Below, one piece after another: positions 8,901 to 18,376 of a DNA stretch of 64,000 nucleotides. The position numbers and the translations under genes are program-made. The notes below the pieces were generated by a model, which saw only the letters and a list, made by a program, of their open reading frames with translations, did not search any database and had not been told where the DNA came from. The stretch spans positions 1,120,001-1,184,000 of the forward strand of contig CAWCDG010000004.1 of NCBI GenBank assembly GCA_963794325.1. The letters are read 5' to 3'. The stretch comes from an uncultured delta proteobacterium (GTDB lineage Bacteria; Desulfobacterota; Binatia; Binatales; Binataceae). How positions within the stretch are numbered: position 1 is the first letter of the stretch; each line of letters starts with the position of its first letter.

Positions 8901-10115
8901 ATGCAACGCAACCGATTGTTTTCGTCGCGGCGGACCACACTTAAGAACGTCATCCGGCTGATTCCGGCGGCTGTAATTCTCGCGGCGACGCTGAATACGG
9001 TGTCGTGCAAAAACGGCAATGGACTCATCTCGCAGGGCGGCGGCGGCGGTTCCCCGACTGCCACTTCGACGGCGGGCACCGGCGCGCTCGCGTTTGTGAC
9101 CAACTTCAACGACGGCAAGGTGTCGTCGTTCACGCGCAATACTTCGACCGGCGTGCTCACGCTGCATCCGGGGCAGGTAAAGGCTGGCGCGAAAAGCGGG
9201 CCTCGTGGCGTGATTGCGGCGCCCAGCGGCAGCTTTCTATACGTTGCGAACATCAAGGATGACAATATCTACGAATTCTCGGTCAATCAGAGCAACGGGA
9301 CACTGACGCCGTTGTCGCCACCGTCCGTGAGCAACGGGAACGCAACCAAACCGGATGAACTTGCGATTAATTCCGCCGGTACATTGTTGTGGGTAACGGG
9401 CGCCGCGGGCACTGTTACGAGCTACACGGTTAACACGAGCACGGGACAGCTTAAGAAGGGCACTTCGATCGGAGGATTCAACACTCCCTTCGGCATCACG
9501 CTGCATCCGACACTCTCAGTGCTCTACGTGTCGGATACTACAACCGGGCTTATCTGGCCGATGACCTTTAACCCTACTACTGGAGCGCTCTCGAAGAACT
9601 TTACGGCGATGCATAGTGCGGACGTGAACGCGAATACACCGGCCGCGATAGCGATCGATGCGGCGGGCGCGTCACTGTTTATCGCGGACCAGGTACTCGG
9701 CGAAGTCTCGACATTTTCGATCGACGGCACGGGCGCGCTGACACAGGGACCCGTCATCGCGAATAACAGCGTCGGCGATGTCCCGGTGGGCGTCGGAATC
9801 GCGGTCAACACCGGCATCGAGTATCTATTCACCGCCAACCAGGGCAGCGCCTCGGTGTCGTCGTTCATCGTCAACGGCGGGACGAACGTGATTACGCCGC
9901 CCGTCATCGCGGGGCCATACAATGGGCCAACCGGGTTGGTAGTCGATCCGCAGATGGTGAACGTTTACACCGCGGACAATACGGACGGCACCGTCGCGCA
10001 GTCAATTATCAACGGCACTTGCGTTGCGCACCAGATATGCCCGGGTCCGACAGTGTCGACCGAGAGCCCGGCTAACCACAGCAGCGGTCCGTTCGGGATC
10101 ACGCTCGCGCAGTGA
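8901..10115 (+). CDS. Lactonase-family (YbhE-like) beta-propeller lipoprotein
   Basis: Signal peptide ending TVSC, Gly/Thr linker, repeated P.G...P.G.FLYVAN / LYVSD / LFTAN blades. Confidence 0.85.
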   Translation: MQRNRLFSSRRTTLKNVIRLIPAAVILAATLNTVSCKNGNGLISQGGGGGSPTATSTAGTGALAFVTNFNDGKVSSFTRNTSTGVLTLHPGQVKAGAKSGPRGVIAAPSGSFLYVANIKDDNIYEFSVNQSNGTLTPLSPPSVSNGNATKPDELAINSAGTLLWVTGAAGTVTSYTVNTSTGQLKKGTSIGGFNTPFGITLHPTLSVLYVSDTTTGLIWPMTFNPTTGALSKNFTAMHSADVNANTPAAIAIDAAGASLFIADQVLGEVSTFSIDGTGALTQGPVIANNSVGDVPVGVGIAVNTGIEYLFTANQGSASVSSFIVNGGTNVITPPVIAGPYNGPTGLVVDPQMVNVYTADNTDGTVAQSIINGTCVAHQICPGPTVSTESPANHSSGPFGITLAQ

Positions 10116-10130
10116 TTTTTTCACTGCAGA

Positions 10131-10940
10131 TCACATGCTGAGGCAGGCTTCGGCGGCAAGGGTGAACAGGCGTTCGCGGATTTGATGGCGGTTCCAGTTG
10201 CGATGGTCCCAGTCGTCGCCGCCTAAGTCGTCGCCGCCGTAGAGGATCTGTCCGAACTGGACGCGGCGGAACTGCGCGACGGCGAAAAACGCCGCCGCTT
10301 CCATCTCGACCGTGAGGCATCCTTCGCGTCTGCGCGCGAGCATCCGGGCCCGCGTCTCGCGGAACAGCCCGTCGGTCGTCCAAGTCTTCGCGACGATATA
10401 GTCGAGACCGTTTCGCTTCAGCGTTTTTTCGATTGCGGCCAACGCCCGCGGATGTGGCGCGACTTCGCGTGACGGCGGCAGGTAGTGATACGACGCGCCC
10501 TCGTCACGAATCGCGGAGCTGGGCACGATGATATGGCCGACGGCGATTTTCGAGTCGAGCACGCCGGCGCCGCCGCATGCGATGAACTTCCGCGCGCCGC
10601 GAGCGATCAATCGATCGAGCATCGCGGCCGCCATCGCTCCGCCGATGCGCGGGTGAACCACCGCGAGACGCTGGCCGCCAATCTCGACCTCGTACACCGG
10701 ATGGCGCCCGATTTCGCTCTCTGCATGATCGATCTCGCGAGCGCCGCCATTGAGTATCAGGTCGTCGATCACGTCCTGGAAGAAGCAGAGGACGCAGTGC
10801 TTGGGGATATCGATGCGTTTGTACACGCGGCGCGGCTCGATGATCGCGGTCGGCGAAGGATCGAATTCGAGGATTGGGAACGCGCGCGCTGGAAGGCGTT
10901 TGGTCGTGCGCGGTGGTGATTTGCGGCGGCGCGATTTCAT
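10131..10940 (-). CDS. Nucleoside phosphorylase (PNP/UDP family)
   Basis: CGGAG, AIRDEGASYHY, TWTTDG..RET, VEMEAAA; probable start ATG 10940. Confidence 0.9.
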   Translation of the reverse strand: MKSRRRKSPPRTTKRLPARAFPILEFDPSPTAIIEPRRVYKRIDIPKHCVLCFFQDVIDDLILNGGAREIDHAESEIGRHPVYEVEIGGQRLAVVHPRIGGAMAAAMLDRLIARGARKFIACGGAGVLDSKIAVGHIIVPSSAIRDEGASYHYLPPSREVAPHPRALAAIEKTLKRNGLDYIVAKTWTTDGLFRETRARMLARRREGCLTVEMEAAAFFAVAQFRRVQFGQILYGGDDLGGDDWDHRNWNRHQIRERLFTLAAEACLSM

Positions 10941-10970
10941 TTTTGTGTCATTCGAAGAATGACACAAAAA
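10940..10970. repeat. Perfect 14-bp inverted repeat (collapsed family D element)
   Basis: tttttgtgtcattc-gaa-gaatgacacaaaaa; the arm matches the gtgtcattc end of the family D repeats at 50012 and 57232. Confidence 0.75.
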
Positions 10971-11003
10971 AGTGAGCGGAGGGCAGGGAGCATGCGCCGC
11001 AGA

Positions 11004-11046
11004 AACCTAACCCCTAACCCCTTCCCATAGTGGGAAGGGGAACCGG
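11004..11046 (+). repeat. REP-like repeat, family A
   Basis: aacctaacccctaaccccttccca-tag-tgggaaggggaaccgg. Confidence 0.9.
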
Positions 11047-11083
11047 ATTTTCGGATAGGCCGGATTCTTTTGGATAGGTAAGA

Positions 11084-12265
11084 TCAGGATTGGGGGACTG
11101 GCTTTGGGGCCGATTCTGCGGCGGCGGATTTGGCGGCCAGGGCGGCGGCTTTGGTTTCGGCTTTTTCGCTGGCGGCCTTCTGGCGCAACTGCAATAGCAT
11201 CTGGCGCAGCTTGCCGGGGTTTACCGGCTTCTTGAATAGCGCGCCTTCCAGCCCGCGCAGGCGCGATCGTTTCAGGATGTGATCCTTGTCGTAGTAGTAG
11301 GCGGTCATCAGGATGACCGGCAGCTTCGGCATGTCTTCCTTGACCTTGAGATAGAAGTCGTAACCGTCCATCTCGGGCATCACGACGTCCGAGATGACCG
11401 CGTCGAGCGCGACGTTGCGCAGGATTCCAAAGGCGGCCGACGGACGCGTGGCGCAGTGCACGATACACTTCTCGGCGCGCAGCAGGTCGGCCATCGAATT
11501 GACCACCGCGGTATCGTCGTCGAGCACCAGGATCGACATCCCGGCCAGCGGCGACTGATCGAGCGGATGAGGCGCGTCATGCGGGCGCGTGTGCACCTTG
11601 GCGTCGTCGCGCGGTGCCAGGTCGGCCATCCGCTTGCCCGCCAGGTAGTCGCGCGTCTCGTACTCACCCTTGCGGGTCATCTCGTCGAGGCGGCGGACGA
11701 TAGCTTGCACGCGTTCGAGCGAGTTACGAATCGAGTCGAGGCGTTCGTTCTCTACAACTTTTTCGGCATCGGTTAGATGCGATTCGAGGCTTTGCGAGAG
11801 CAGATCCAGGTTGTTGGTGATCGATTCGAGCGGATTGTTGATCTCGTGGGCGAGGCTCACCGCAATCTCGCCGGCGGTTGCCAGCTGCTGCGCATGGCGC
11901 AGGCGGCGGATGTCGCGGGCGAAGCCGATCGATCCGATTTCGTTGCCGTCGTCGTCGTGGATCAGCGTGCCGGTGATCATGACCGGGATGATCTCGCTCG
12001 CTTTGTTGCGGAACTCGGTCTCGAAGCTGGCAATTCGGCCCTTGTCGGCCGACTCGCGCATCGCCTTCATCACGCGTCGCGCCTCGTCGATCGACGGATA
12101 GATGCGGGTGCATCCCTCGCCGATGATTTCCTCGGAGCTGTAACCGAGGCTGGTGCGCGCGCCGTCGTTGTAATAGTTCACGGTGCCGGTTTTATCGACC
12201 GCAATTATGATGTCCGGCGAGCTCTCGATGAGCCGCTGGAAATATTTTTTATCGAGCGAGGCCAT
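11084..12265 (-). CDS. PAS-HisKA-receiver hybrid protein lacking the HATPase_c domain
   Basis: PAS/PAC (IESSPDII...GFARDI), H-box LAHEINNPL, then REC (VLDDD, SDVVMPEMDG, MTAY, KP); no N/G1/F/G2 boxes. Confidence 0.85.
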   Translation of the reverse strand: MASLDKKYFQRLIESSPDIIIAVDKTGTVNYYNDGARTSLGYSSEEIIGEGCTRIYPSIDEARRVMKAMRESADKGRIASFETEFRNKASEIIPVMITGTLIHDDDGNEIGSIGFARDIRRLRHAQQLATAGEIAVSLAHEINNPLESITNNLDLLSQSLESHLTDAEKVVENERLDSIRNSLERVQAIVRRLDEMTRKGEYETRDYLAGKRMADLAPRDDAKVHTRPHDAPHPLDQSPLAGMSILVLDDDTAVVNSMADLLRAEKCIVHCATRPSAAFGILRNVALDAVISDVVMPEMDGYDFYLKVKEDMPKLPVILMTAYYYDKDHILKRSRLRGLEGALFKKPVNPGKLRQMLLQLRQKAASEKAETKAAALAAKSAAAESAPKPVPQS

Positions 12266-12304
12266 GGTTGTTTGTTTGATCCTGATCGTTCAGTCGCGAC
12301 GGCT

Positions 12305-12721
12305 TTATTTAACGGCTCGGAGCCGGAACTTCGGCATCGAGACTTCATCGCTGAGTTTTTCGAAAGTGACCTCTACCGGCATCCCACATTTTATCTCATG
12401 CGGCTTGACGCCGAGCAGATTCGACACGAATTTGCAGCCCTCTTCGAGCTCGACCACCACGACCGCGTACGGCACTTCGGTGGCGAAGCCGGGGTGATAG
12501 AGCTGATGCATAATATTAAAGCTAAACACTTCGCCGCGGCCGCTCACCCCAACCCATCGCGAGGCTGCCGAGTTGCACTTCGAGCATAGCTCATGGGCGG
12601 GGAATCGCAGCTGTCCGCAACTGTCACACTTTTGGACCATCAGGCGGCCGACGCGTGCACCGTCGAAGAATTCGCGCATATCGGGGGTTATGGCCGGGAT
12701 GGGTTTGCTGAGTTCGGGCAT
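12305..12721 (-). CDS. Zn-ribbon/OB-fold protein (DUF35/ChsH2-like), thiolase partner
   Basis: QKCDSCG...CSKCNS, PYAVVVVELEEG, GMPVEV; start ATG 12721. Confidence 0.9.
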   Translation of the reverse strand: MPELSKPIPAITPDMREFFDGARVGRLMVQKCDSCGQLRFPAHELCSKCNSAASRWVGVSGRGEVFSFNIMHQLYHPGFATEVPYAVVVVELEEGCKFVSNLLGVKPHEIKCGMPVEVTFEKLSDEVSMPKFRLRAVK

Positions 12722-12823
12722 CGCAATAGGGCTTATATACAGTTTAGACGATCCAGTGACTGAAATGATTGAAGCACACTGTGCGATGCCAAAGCTAGCT
12801 ACAGCACGCTCTGCTTCCAAATA

Positions 12824-13993
12824 CTATGGCTGTGATCCCAATATCAGGGTTGAATGCGTAGCAAGGATACCGCCGTTGCCGGAAACGAGTCCAACGTCGT
12901 GTTTTGGCACCTGCCGCCGTTCACCATCGCCCCGCATCTGCACGATTGCCTCCGCCACCGGGGTCATCCCCCACATATAAAACGAGCTTAACTGGCCGCC
13001 GCCGGTGTTGACCGGTAGCGAGCCGCCCGGACCGATCGTGCCGCTGGCGACGAATGGACCGCCCTCGCCTTTCTTGCAGAAGCCGTAATCCTCGAGCGTG
13101 ACCAGCACCGTGAAGGTATAGCAGTCGTAGAGCTCGCAGAAATTTATGTCGTCAAGCTTGATTCCGGCCATCTTAAAGGCGGTCGTTTTGGCGATCGGCG
13201 CGCCGGATACCAGCGTGTCGAGCGGGTCGCCGCCGGGATGCCCCTGCCCCATCCCCAGGATATAGACGGGCGGGCGCTTCAATGTCTTCGCGCGATCCGC
13301 CGAGGTTACGATAACCGCGAGACCGCCGTTGGAAACCAGGCAGCAATCATAAAGATGGAACGGCTCGACGACCCATCGCGAGGCGTGGTAGTTCGCGAGC
13401 GTCATCGGAGCGCCATAGAACTGTGCGGCGGGATTCAGGTTGGCCCAGTCGCGCTCGGCCACGGCGACCGCGCCGAGGTGATCATTGGTGGTCCCGTACT
13501 TGTACATGTGGCGCTGAGCGACGAACGCATACTGGGCGTTGACGCCGAACAGGCCGTAGTGCGCGTTCAGGCCCTGGGCATAGCCGTAGGATGCGGCCGA
13601 GCCTGATTTATCGCCTTTGTTAGGCGAAGGCGGACGCAGCGGCGCGTCGGCGAATACACACGCGACGACCTCCGCCATGCCGGCGTCGATCGCCTGCGAC
13701 GCATGCATGATCATCGCGGCCGCAGTTGCGCCGCCGAGGTTCATCGTCGCGGTCAGCCGCAGGTCGCGGATACCCATCGCGTTCTGCAGCGTCGACGACG
13801 CCATCGGATTGTTGAACCACGAGATCCCCGGATTGACCAGCAAGCCGTCAATGTCGGATCGCTGCAGGCCGGCGTCGTCGAGGGCGAGATTGACTGCCTC
13901 GGCAGCGAAGCCAACCGGTCCGGGATGATCGAAATTCTTACCCATCCGGGTCTGCCCGAGCCCGGCGATTGCGCATTTAGCTCTTAGGGACAT
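12824..13993 (-). CDS. Thiolase-family protein (SCP-x/Ltp2-like)
   Basis: AIAGLGQT, DCCLVSNGG, ELYDCYT, PVNTGGGQLS; adjacent to DUF35; alternative start 14029. Confidence 0.9.
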   Translation of the reverse strand: MSLRAKCAIAGLGQTRMGKNFDHPGPVGFAAEAVNLALDDAGLQRSDIDGLLVNPGISWFNNPMASSTLQNAMGIRDLRLTATMNLGGATAAAMIMHASQAIDAGMAEVVACVFADAPLRPPSPNKGDKSGSAASYGYAQGLNAHYGLFGVNAQYAFVAQRHMYKYGTTNDHLGAVAVAERDWANLNPAAQFYGAPMTLANYHASRWVVEPFHLYDCCLVSNGGLAVIVTSADRAKTLKRPPVYILGMGQGHPGGDPLDTLVSGAPIAKTTAFKMAGIKLDDINFCELYDCYTFTVLVTLEDYGFCKKGEGGPFVASGTIGPGGSLPVNTGGGQLSSFYMWGMTPVAEAIVQMRGDGERRQVPKHDVGLVSGNGGILATHSTLILGSQP

Positions 13994-14042
13994 AGCGCTT
14001 ACTCTCTTACGCTTTTTCGCCGAAGGCATCCAGCGCGGTGGT

Positions 14043-14162
14043 GGGAAGGGGAAATCACTTTATTAAATGTGAAACCCTCCGCGGGTTTCACGCTTCCGCG
14101 GCAGGGCTAAGCCCTGCACCTTAGAATTAAGAAAGATGCGGGACTTCGTCCCTGTTAGAAGG
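14043..14162 (+). repeat. Structured ~120 bp repeat, family B (three hairpins)
   Basis: gggaagggNaaatcactttattaaatgtgaaaccc..gggtttcac..gcagggc-taa-gccctgc..aaagatgcgggac-ttc-gtccctgttagaagg; other copies at 22825, 50101 (reverse), 56997 and 58441. Confidence 0.9.
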
Positions 14163-14175
14163 CTGGAGTGGGAAC

Positions 14176-14263
14176 TACCTCTCCCGCGGCTAGCGACGCG
14201 GTCGCTAGCCGCAAACCGGGAGAGGTCGCGCGACGACATTTATGTCGTCGGGCGGGTGAGAGT
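14176..14263 (+). repeat. REP-like repeat, family C variant with a nested palindrome
   Basis: tacctctcccg...cgggagagg...ggtgagag, with an internal gcggctagcgac/gtcgctagccgc hairpin. Confidence 0.7.
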
Positions 14264-14551
14264 GTTGGCATTCAGCTCGACGCGAACCCCCTGCCGACGC
14301 CGTGGCGGATGTGTTTGGTGGCATTAAGCCAGCTCATTCTCCCCTCTGCGCAGACGGTGGCCGAGCTCTATTTCGGCGTTATATTAATTTTGTAGCGATA
14401 CGGGGTGTATCGGTATTAACCATTGGAACGTCCTACTAGTTACGGGATCGCTACTTTGGGGCTTGGTTTACCCGCGTCCGCTTCGTATTCTAATGGGTCG
14501 GTTGCCAAGGCTCGCGCCTTAAATCTACAATTGATTCTGGGAGATTGACGA

Positions 14552-15859
14552 ATGGCGGATCTTAGCTTCGAGGCGCTGGCGAGCAGCGAGCATGTGCTCT
14601 CCAGCGCGGAAAACTTTGTACTCTACGTCCTGCTCGAGGCGGTCGCCGGCGGCAAGGGTGGCGCTGGCAGTGGTAGCCGGCTGCCGCTGAATCTTGGCGT
14701 AGTAATAGATCGTTCGGGATCGATGTATGACGAGCGACGCCTGGAATTCGTTATCGAGGCAGTCAAGTTCCTGGCCGACAACCTGACCGCGGACGACAAG
14801 GTCTCGATAGTCGCGTTCGCCGACAAGGCCAAGGTGCTGATCACGCCCGAGGCGGCGCGCGACAAGTCGGCCGTCAAGCGGGCGATCGACGATATCGACC
14901 TGCTCGAAATCGGCGGCGGCACGCAGATGGCGCTCGGGATGAAGGCGGCGATCGACGAGGTCAAAAAAAATCTCGCCTCCGACCGGCTCAATCGCGTGCT
15001 GGTGCTGACCGACGGGCAGACTTACGAAGAAACCGCGTGTATCGACCTGGTCGAGAAAAATCGCGGCGAGATTTCGTTCTCGACCATGGGCGTCGGCGTC
15101 GAGTTCAACGAGAAACTCCTGCAGCGCCTCGCCCAGGACTCCAACGGCAAATATCATTTCATCGGCGACCCCGCCGAGATTCCCAGTATTTTCGAAGATG
15201 AGCTCGAGGGACTGCGTTCGGTCAGCCTGCGCAATGGGCGAATCGAGGTGACGCTGTCGCACGGCGTCCAGGTGCGCGAGGCATTTCGCGCATCGCCTGA
15301 GATTTACGTCCTCGGCACTCCGCTGGTCGGCGAAGACCGTAAAATCGGCTACGAGATCGGCGACCTGCAGGCCGGGGTGCCCGGCTCGGTGCTGCTGACG
15401 CTGGTGCTGCCGCCGCGCAATCCGGGGCAGGTCAGGATTCTGCAGAGCACCTTTCATTACGAGGTGCCGGGCGGCAGCGAAAAAACCGTCGAATGCGATA
15501 TGACCGTCAATTACACGCTCGATCGCACGCTGACCAGCAAGCGCAACGGGCGCGTGATGAACCTGGTGGACCAGGTTTCGATCGCCAAGCTGCAGGCCAA
15601 GGCGGAAGAGGAACTCAAGGCGGGCAACGTCGATCGCGCGACTCGGCTGCTCGGCAACGCGCTGCAAGGCACGCAGCGGATGGGCAACGTCAAGGCGACG
15701 CAGGCGCTCTCGGGCTTGATCGATCAGATCAAGAAGACCCAGACGCTGCAGACCAAGGCGGCCAAGACCACGCTGCTACAGGCGCAGGCGGTGGTGCGCA
15801 AGACCCAGATGCTCGATCCGGAAGCGCTGAAAGAATTTCAGAATAAAAATGGGAATTGA
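14552..15859 (+). CDS. VWA (MIDAS) domain protein with C-terminal beta-sandwich and helical domains
   Basis: LPLNLGVVIDRSGSM (DxSxS), GGT, VLVLTDGQ. Confidence 0.9.
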   Translation: MADLSFEALASSEHVLSSAENFVLYVLLEAVAGGKGGAGSGSRLPLNLGVVIDRSGSMYDERRLEFVIEAVKFLADNLTADDKVSIVAFADKAKVLITPEAARDKSAVKRAIDDIDLLEIGGGTQMALGMKAAIDEVKKNLASDRLNRVLVLTDGQTYEETACIDLVEKNRGEISFSTMGVGVEFNEKLLQRLAQDSNGKYHFIGDPAEIPSIFEDELEGLRSVSLRNGRIEVTLSHGVQVREAFRASPEIYVLGTPLVGEDRKIGYEIGDLQAGVPGSVLLTLVLPPRNPGQVRILQSTFHYEVPGGSEKTVECDMTVNYTLDRTLTSKRNGRVMNLVDQVSIAKLQAKAEEELKAGNVDRATRLLGNALQGTQRMGNVKATQALSGLIDQIKKTQTLQTKAAKTTLLQAQAVVRKTQMLDPEALKEFQNKNGN

Positions 15860-15920
15860 TTTTTTTGGTGAAGGTTACGGAACCGATACTGCGAACTCAC
15901 CTGCGAGGGCTTAGAAGACC

Positions 15921-16568
15921 ATGATCAAATGCTCCGAATGCGGCTACGAAAACATGGACGGACTCGATTACTGCGACGGATGCGGCGCGAAGCTCGCGGC
16001 GGCCGCCGGCAGTTCCGCCCCCGCCCCGGCTGCTGCGGCGCCGGAAGCAGCTCCAGCCGCAGCTCCCGCTGAAGGTACTGACGCGAATGCGGCGCCGGCG
16101 TCCACTGACGGGGCTCCGGCCGCGGAAGCGCCTCCATCTGAAGCGCCCAAATCTGAGGCGCCGACCGGCGAGATCAAGCCCGAGGCCGCGCCTGAGAGCG
16201 CGCCCACCGCGGCAGCGTCCGGCGCACCGTTCAAGGCGAAGCTGTCGGTAGTTCGCGGCGGCCGCAAGGGTCAGGAATTTCCGCTCGAAGACGGCAATAA
16301 CCTGGTCGGCCGATGGGATCCCGAGACCGGATCCTTCCCTGAAGTGGATCTCGACGCCGACGATCCCGAAGCGAAGATCTCGCGCAAGCATGCGTTGATC
16401 CGTATCGACGCCGGCAAGATCACGATCGAGGATATCGGCAGTCTCAATGGCACTTATGTGAATCGTCAGCCGCGGCTCTCGCCGGGAAGTCCCGCCGAGA
16501 TCAAGTCGGGCGACGAAGTGATTATCGGAAAAACGTTCTTGAAGCTGGTGGTAGAACCGATCTCTTGA
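15921..16568 (+). CDS. Zinc-ribbon plus FHA-domain protein
   Basis: CSECG..N..CDGCG; Ala/Pro/Glu linker; FHA motifs GRWD, SRKHA, GSLNGT. Confidence 0.92.
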   Translation: MIKCSECGYENMDGLDYCDGCGAKLAAAAGSSAPAPAAAAPEAAPAAAPAEGTDANAAPASTDGAPAAEAPPSEAPKSEAPTGEIKPEAAPESAPTAAASGAPFKAKLSVVRGGRKGQEFPLEDGNNLVGRWDPETGSFPEVDLDADDPEAKISRKHALIRIDAGKITIEDIGSLNGTYVNRQPRLSPGSPAEIKSGDEVIIGKTFLKLVVEPIS

Positions 16569-16645
16569 GCGCCGTTCGTCCCCTCCAGTCGCGCCCGGGT
16601 ACTCGTCGCGTGCGCGGAAGTTGAGGAGGGTTGTAGAAAATCGTC

Positions 16646-18370
16646 ATGAATGCGGGTGAGGAACTCACCGAGGGACATCTTCTCGACGGTCGATACCGTG
16701 TGAAGAAGGTGCTCGGCGTCGGCGGGATGGGCCGAGTGTACCTGTCCAACGACACGCGCCTCGCCAACCGTCCGGTCGCGGTCAAAGAGATGATCGTCGG
16801 CGACGGAATCCAGGAGAAAAAAGCGATCGAGGATTTCACGCGCGAGGCCAACGTGCTCGCGCGTTTGTCGCATCCGGGAATTCCCACCCTGATCGATCAC
16901 TTCGCCGAGAACTCGCGGCAATATCTGGTGATGGAATTTGTCGCGGGCGGCGATTTGCAGGCGGTGCTCGACAAGCTGGGGCCCAAGGGCAAAATTGCCG
17001 AGGACAAAGTCCTGCGATGGGCGCGGCAGATGCTCGACGTGCTGGATTTTCTGCACGCACAGAAGCCGCCGATAATTTATCGAGACCTTAAGCCCGGCAA
17101 TATCATGATCGACAAGGACGGCCGCGCGATGCTGATCGATTTCGGAATCGCGCGCTTCCTGCCGCCCGGCGGACGTGGCACGCAGATCGGCTCGGTCGGC
17201 TACGCGCCGCCTGAACAGTACATGGGCAAGGTTGAGCCGCGCTCGGATTTATATTCGCTGGCCGCCACGATGCATCATCTGTTGACTGGACGCGATCCGC
17301 AACTCGAACCGCCGTTCAGCTTTCCGCCGCTGCGCTCGCTCGCGCCGGAAGTTTCGACCAGGACCGCGGACGCGATCATGCGCGCACTCGAGCAGGACGT
17401 GACCAAGCGTCAGGCGTCGGCCAAAGAGATGAAACGCGCGCTGCCAGAGCCGCCGCCGGAGAACCGGTCGGGGCAGCTCGGCCGCAGCGCCGGACTGGGC
17501 AACGCACCGAGTCAGTTATCGACCCAATCGACCGCGATGCTGAATAGTTCGCCGGCTCCTGAGCCGCCGCGCGCGACGCCGACGCCGTCGTCGTGGAAAT
17601 CGGCGGTATCGTCCAAGCCGGCTGCGTCCTCGATGCCCACGATCGTGTTGAACGAGCCGATCGCGGAGAGAGTCAAAAGCGGGGCTGGCAGCCATGCGGG
17701 CAGCACGGCGGCAAAAATCGTTGGGCCGCAGATCAAGAAGGCGATCGAGCTCGGTGGCAGGGCGCGCAGCATTATCGAGCGACGGCTCAAAGCGCTGTCG
17801 GCGAATTTGCCGAGCGATACGCCGCGCATCTCGTCGACGGCGAAGACCAAAGAGCTGAATCCGCCGGCGGCCGCTTCGTCATATGGTTCGCGGGTTGGCT
17901 CGACCAGCGATTCGGCGAATGCCGACACGAAATCGCGGGCAGGGTCGCGATCGTCCTCGTCGCGCAATTACTCGCCGCCGATTTCGACCGGGCCGGCTTC
18001 CGACGGACTTTTCCCGAACAATAAAAACGGCGCAGTCGATATATCGGCCGCGCCGGCCAAGCTGGTATCGCGTGGCGACGAAATCGAGTTCGGAATTTTC
18101 GGGATGCGCACCGTGATCGGGCGATCGAAAGACGCGGGCGACCAGCTCGATATCGATCTCAAGAAGCTCGCACACGGCGCCGAACGGGTATCGCGGCGTC
18201 ATGCGGAGATCGTGCTGCGCGGGTCGGACTACTTTATTCGCGACCTCGGCAGCCTGAACGGCACTTACGTCGCGGGGCGCGGGAAGCTCGGGCGCGACCA
18301 GCTCTACAAATTGAAAGATCGCGACCAGGTGGTGCTCGGTGGTGCTATACTGCAATTTCGAAGAGGCTAG
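16646..18370 (+). CDS. Soluble Hanks-type Ser/Thr kinase with C-terminal FHA domain
   Basis: GVGGMGRVY, VAVKE, YRDLKPGN, DFG, GYAPPE; FHA motifs GRSKD, SRRHA, GSLNGT. Confidence 0.93.
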   Translation: MNAGEELTEGHLLDGRYRVKKVLGVGGMGRVYLSNDTRLANRPVAVKEMIVGDGIQEKKAIEDFTREANVLARLSHPGIPTLIDHFAENSRQYLVMEFVAGGDLQAVLDKLGPKGKIAEDKVLRWARQMLDVLDFLHAQKPPIIYRDLKPGNIMIDKDGRAMLIDFGIARFLPPGGRGTQIGSVGYAPPEQYMGKVEPRSDLYSLAATMHHLLTGRDPQLEPPFSFPPLRSLAPEVSTRTADAIMRALEQDVTKRQASAKEMKRALPEPPPENRSGQLGRSAGLGNAPSQLSTQSTAMLNSSPAPEPPRATPTPSSWKSAVSSKPAASSMPTIVLNEPIAERVKSGAGSHAGSTAAKIVGPQIKKAIELGGRARSIIERRLKALSANLPSDTPRISSTAKTKELNPPAAASSYGSRVGSTSDSANADTKSRAGSRSSSSRNYSPPISTGPASDGLFPNNKNGAVDISAAPAKLVSRGDEIEFGIFGMRTVIGRSKDAGDQLDIDLKKLAHGAERVSRRHAEIVLRGSDYFIRDLGSLNGTYVAGRGKLGRDQLYKLKDRDQVVLGGAILQFRRG

Positions 18371-18376
18371 CGGCGC

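Noticed and set aside
7374-10115. Diversity-generating retroelement template/variable repeat pair
   Set aside because: Divergence spans the whole genes, is not adenine-specific, and no reverse transcriptase is present.
12722-12823. AT-richer spacer between the thiolase and DUF35 genes, read by the ORF track as an N-terminal extension
   Set aside because: There is no repeat, structure or motif support, and the DUF35 protein starts plausibly at ATG 12721.
14168-14395. Small ORFs upstream of the VWA gene
   Set aside because: They are largely translations of family B and C repeats, with no RBS or protein-like features.
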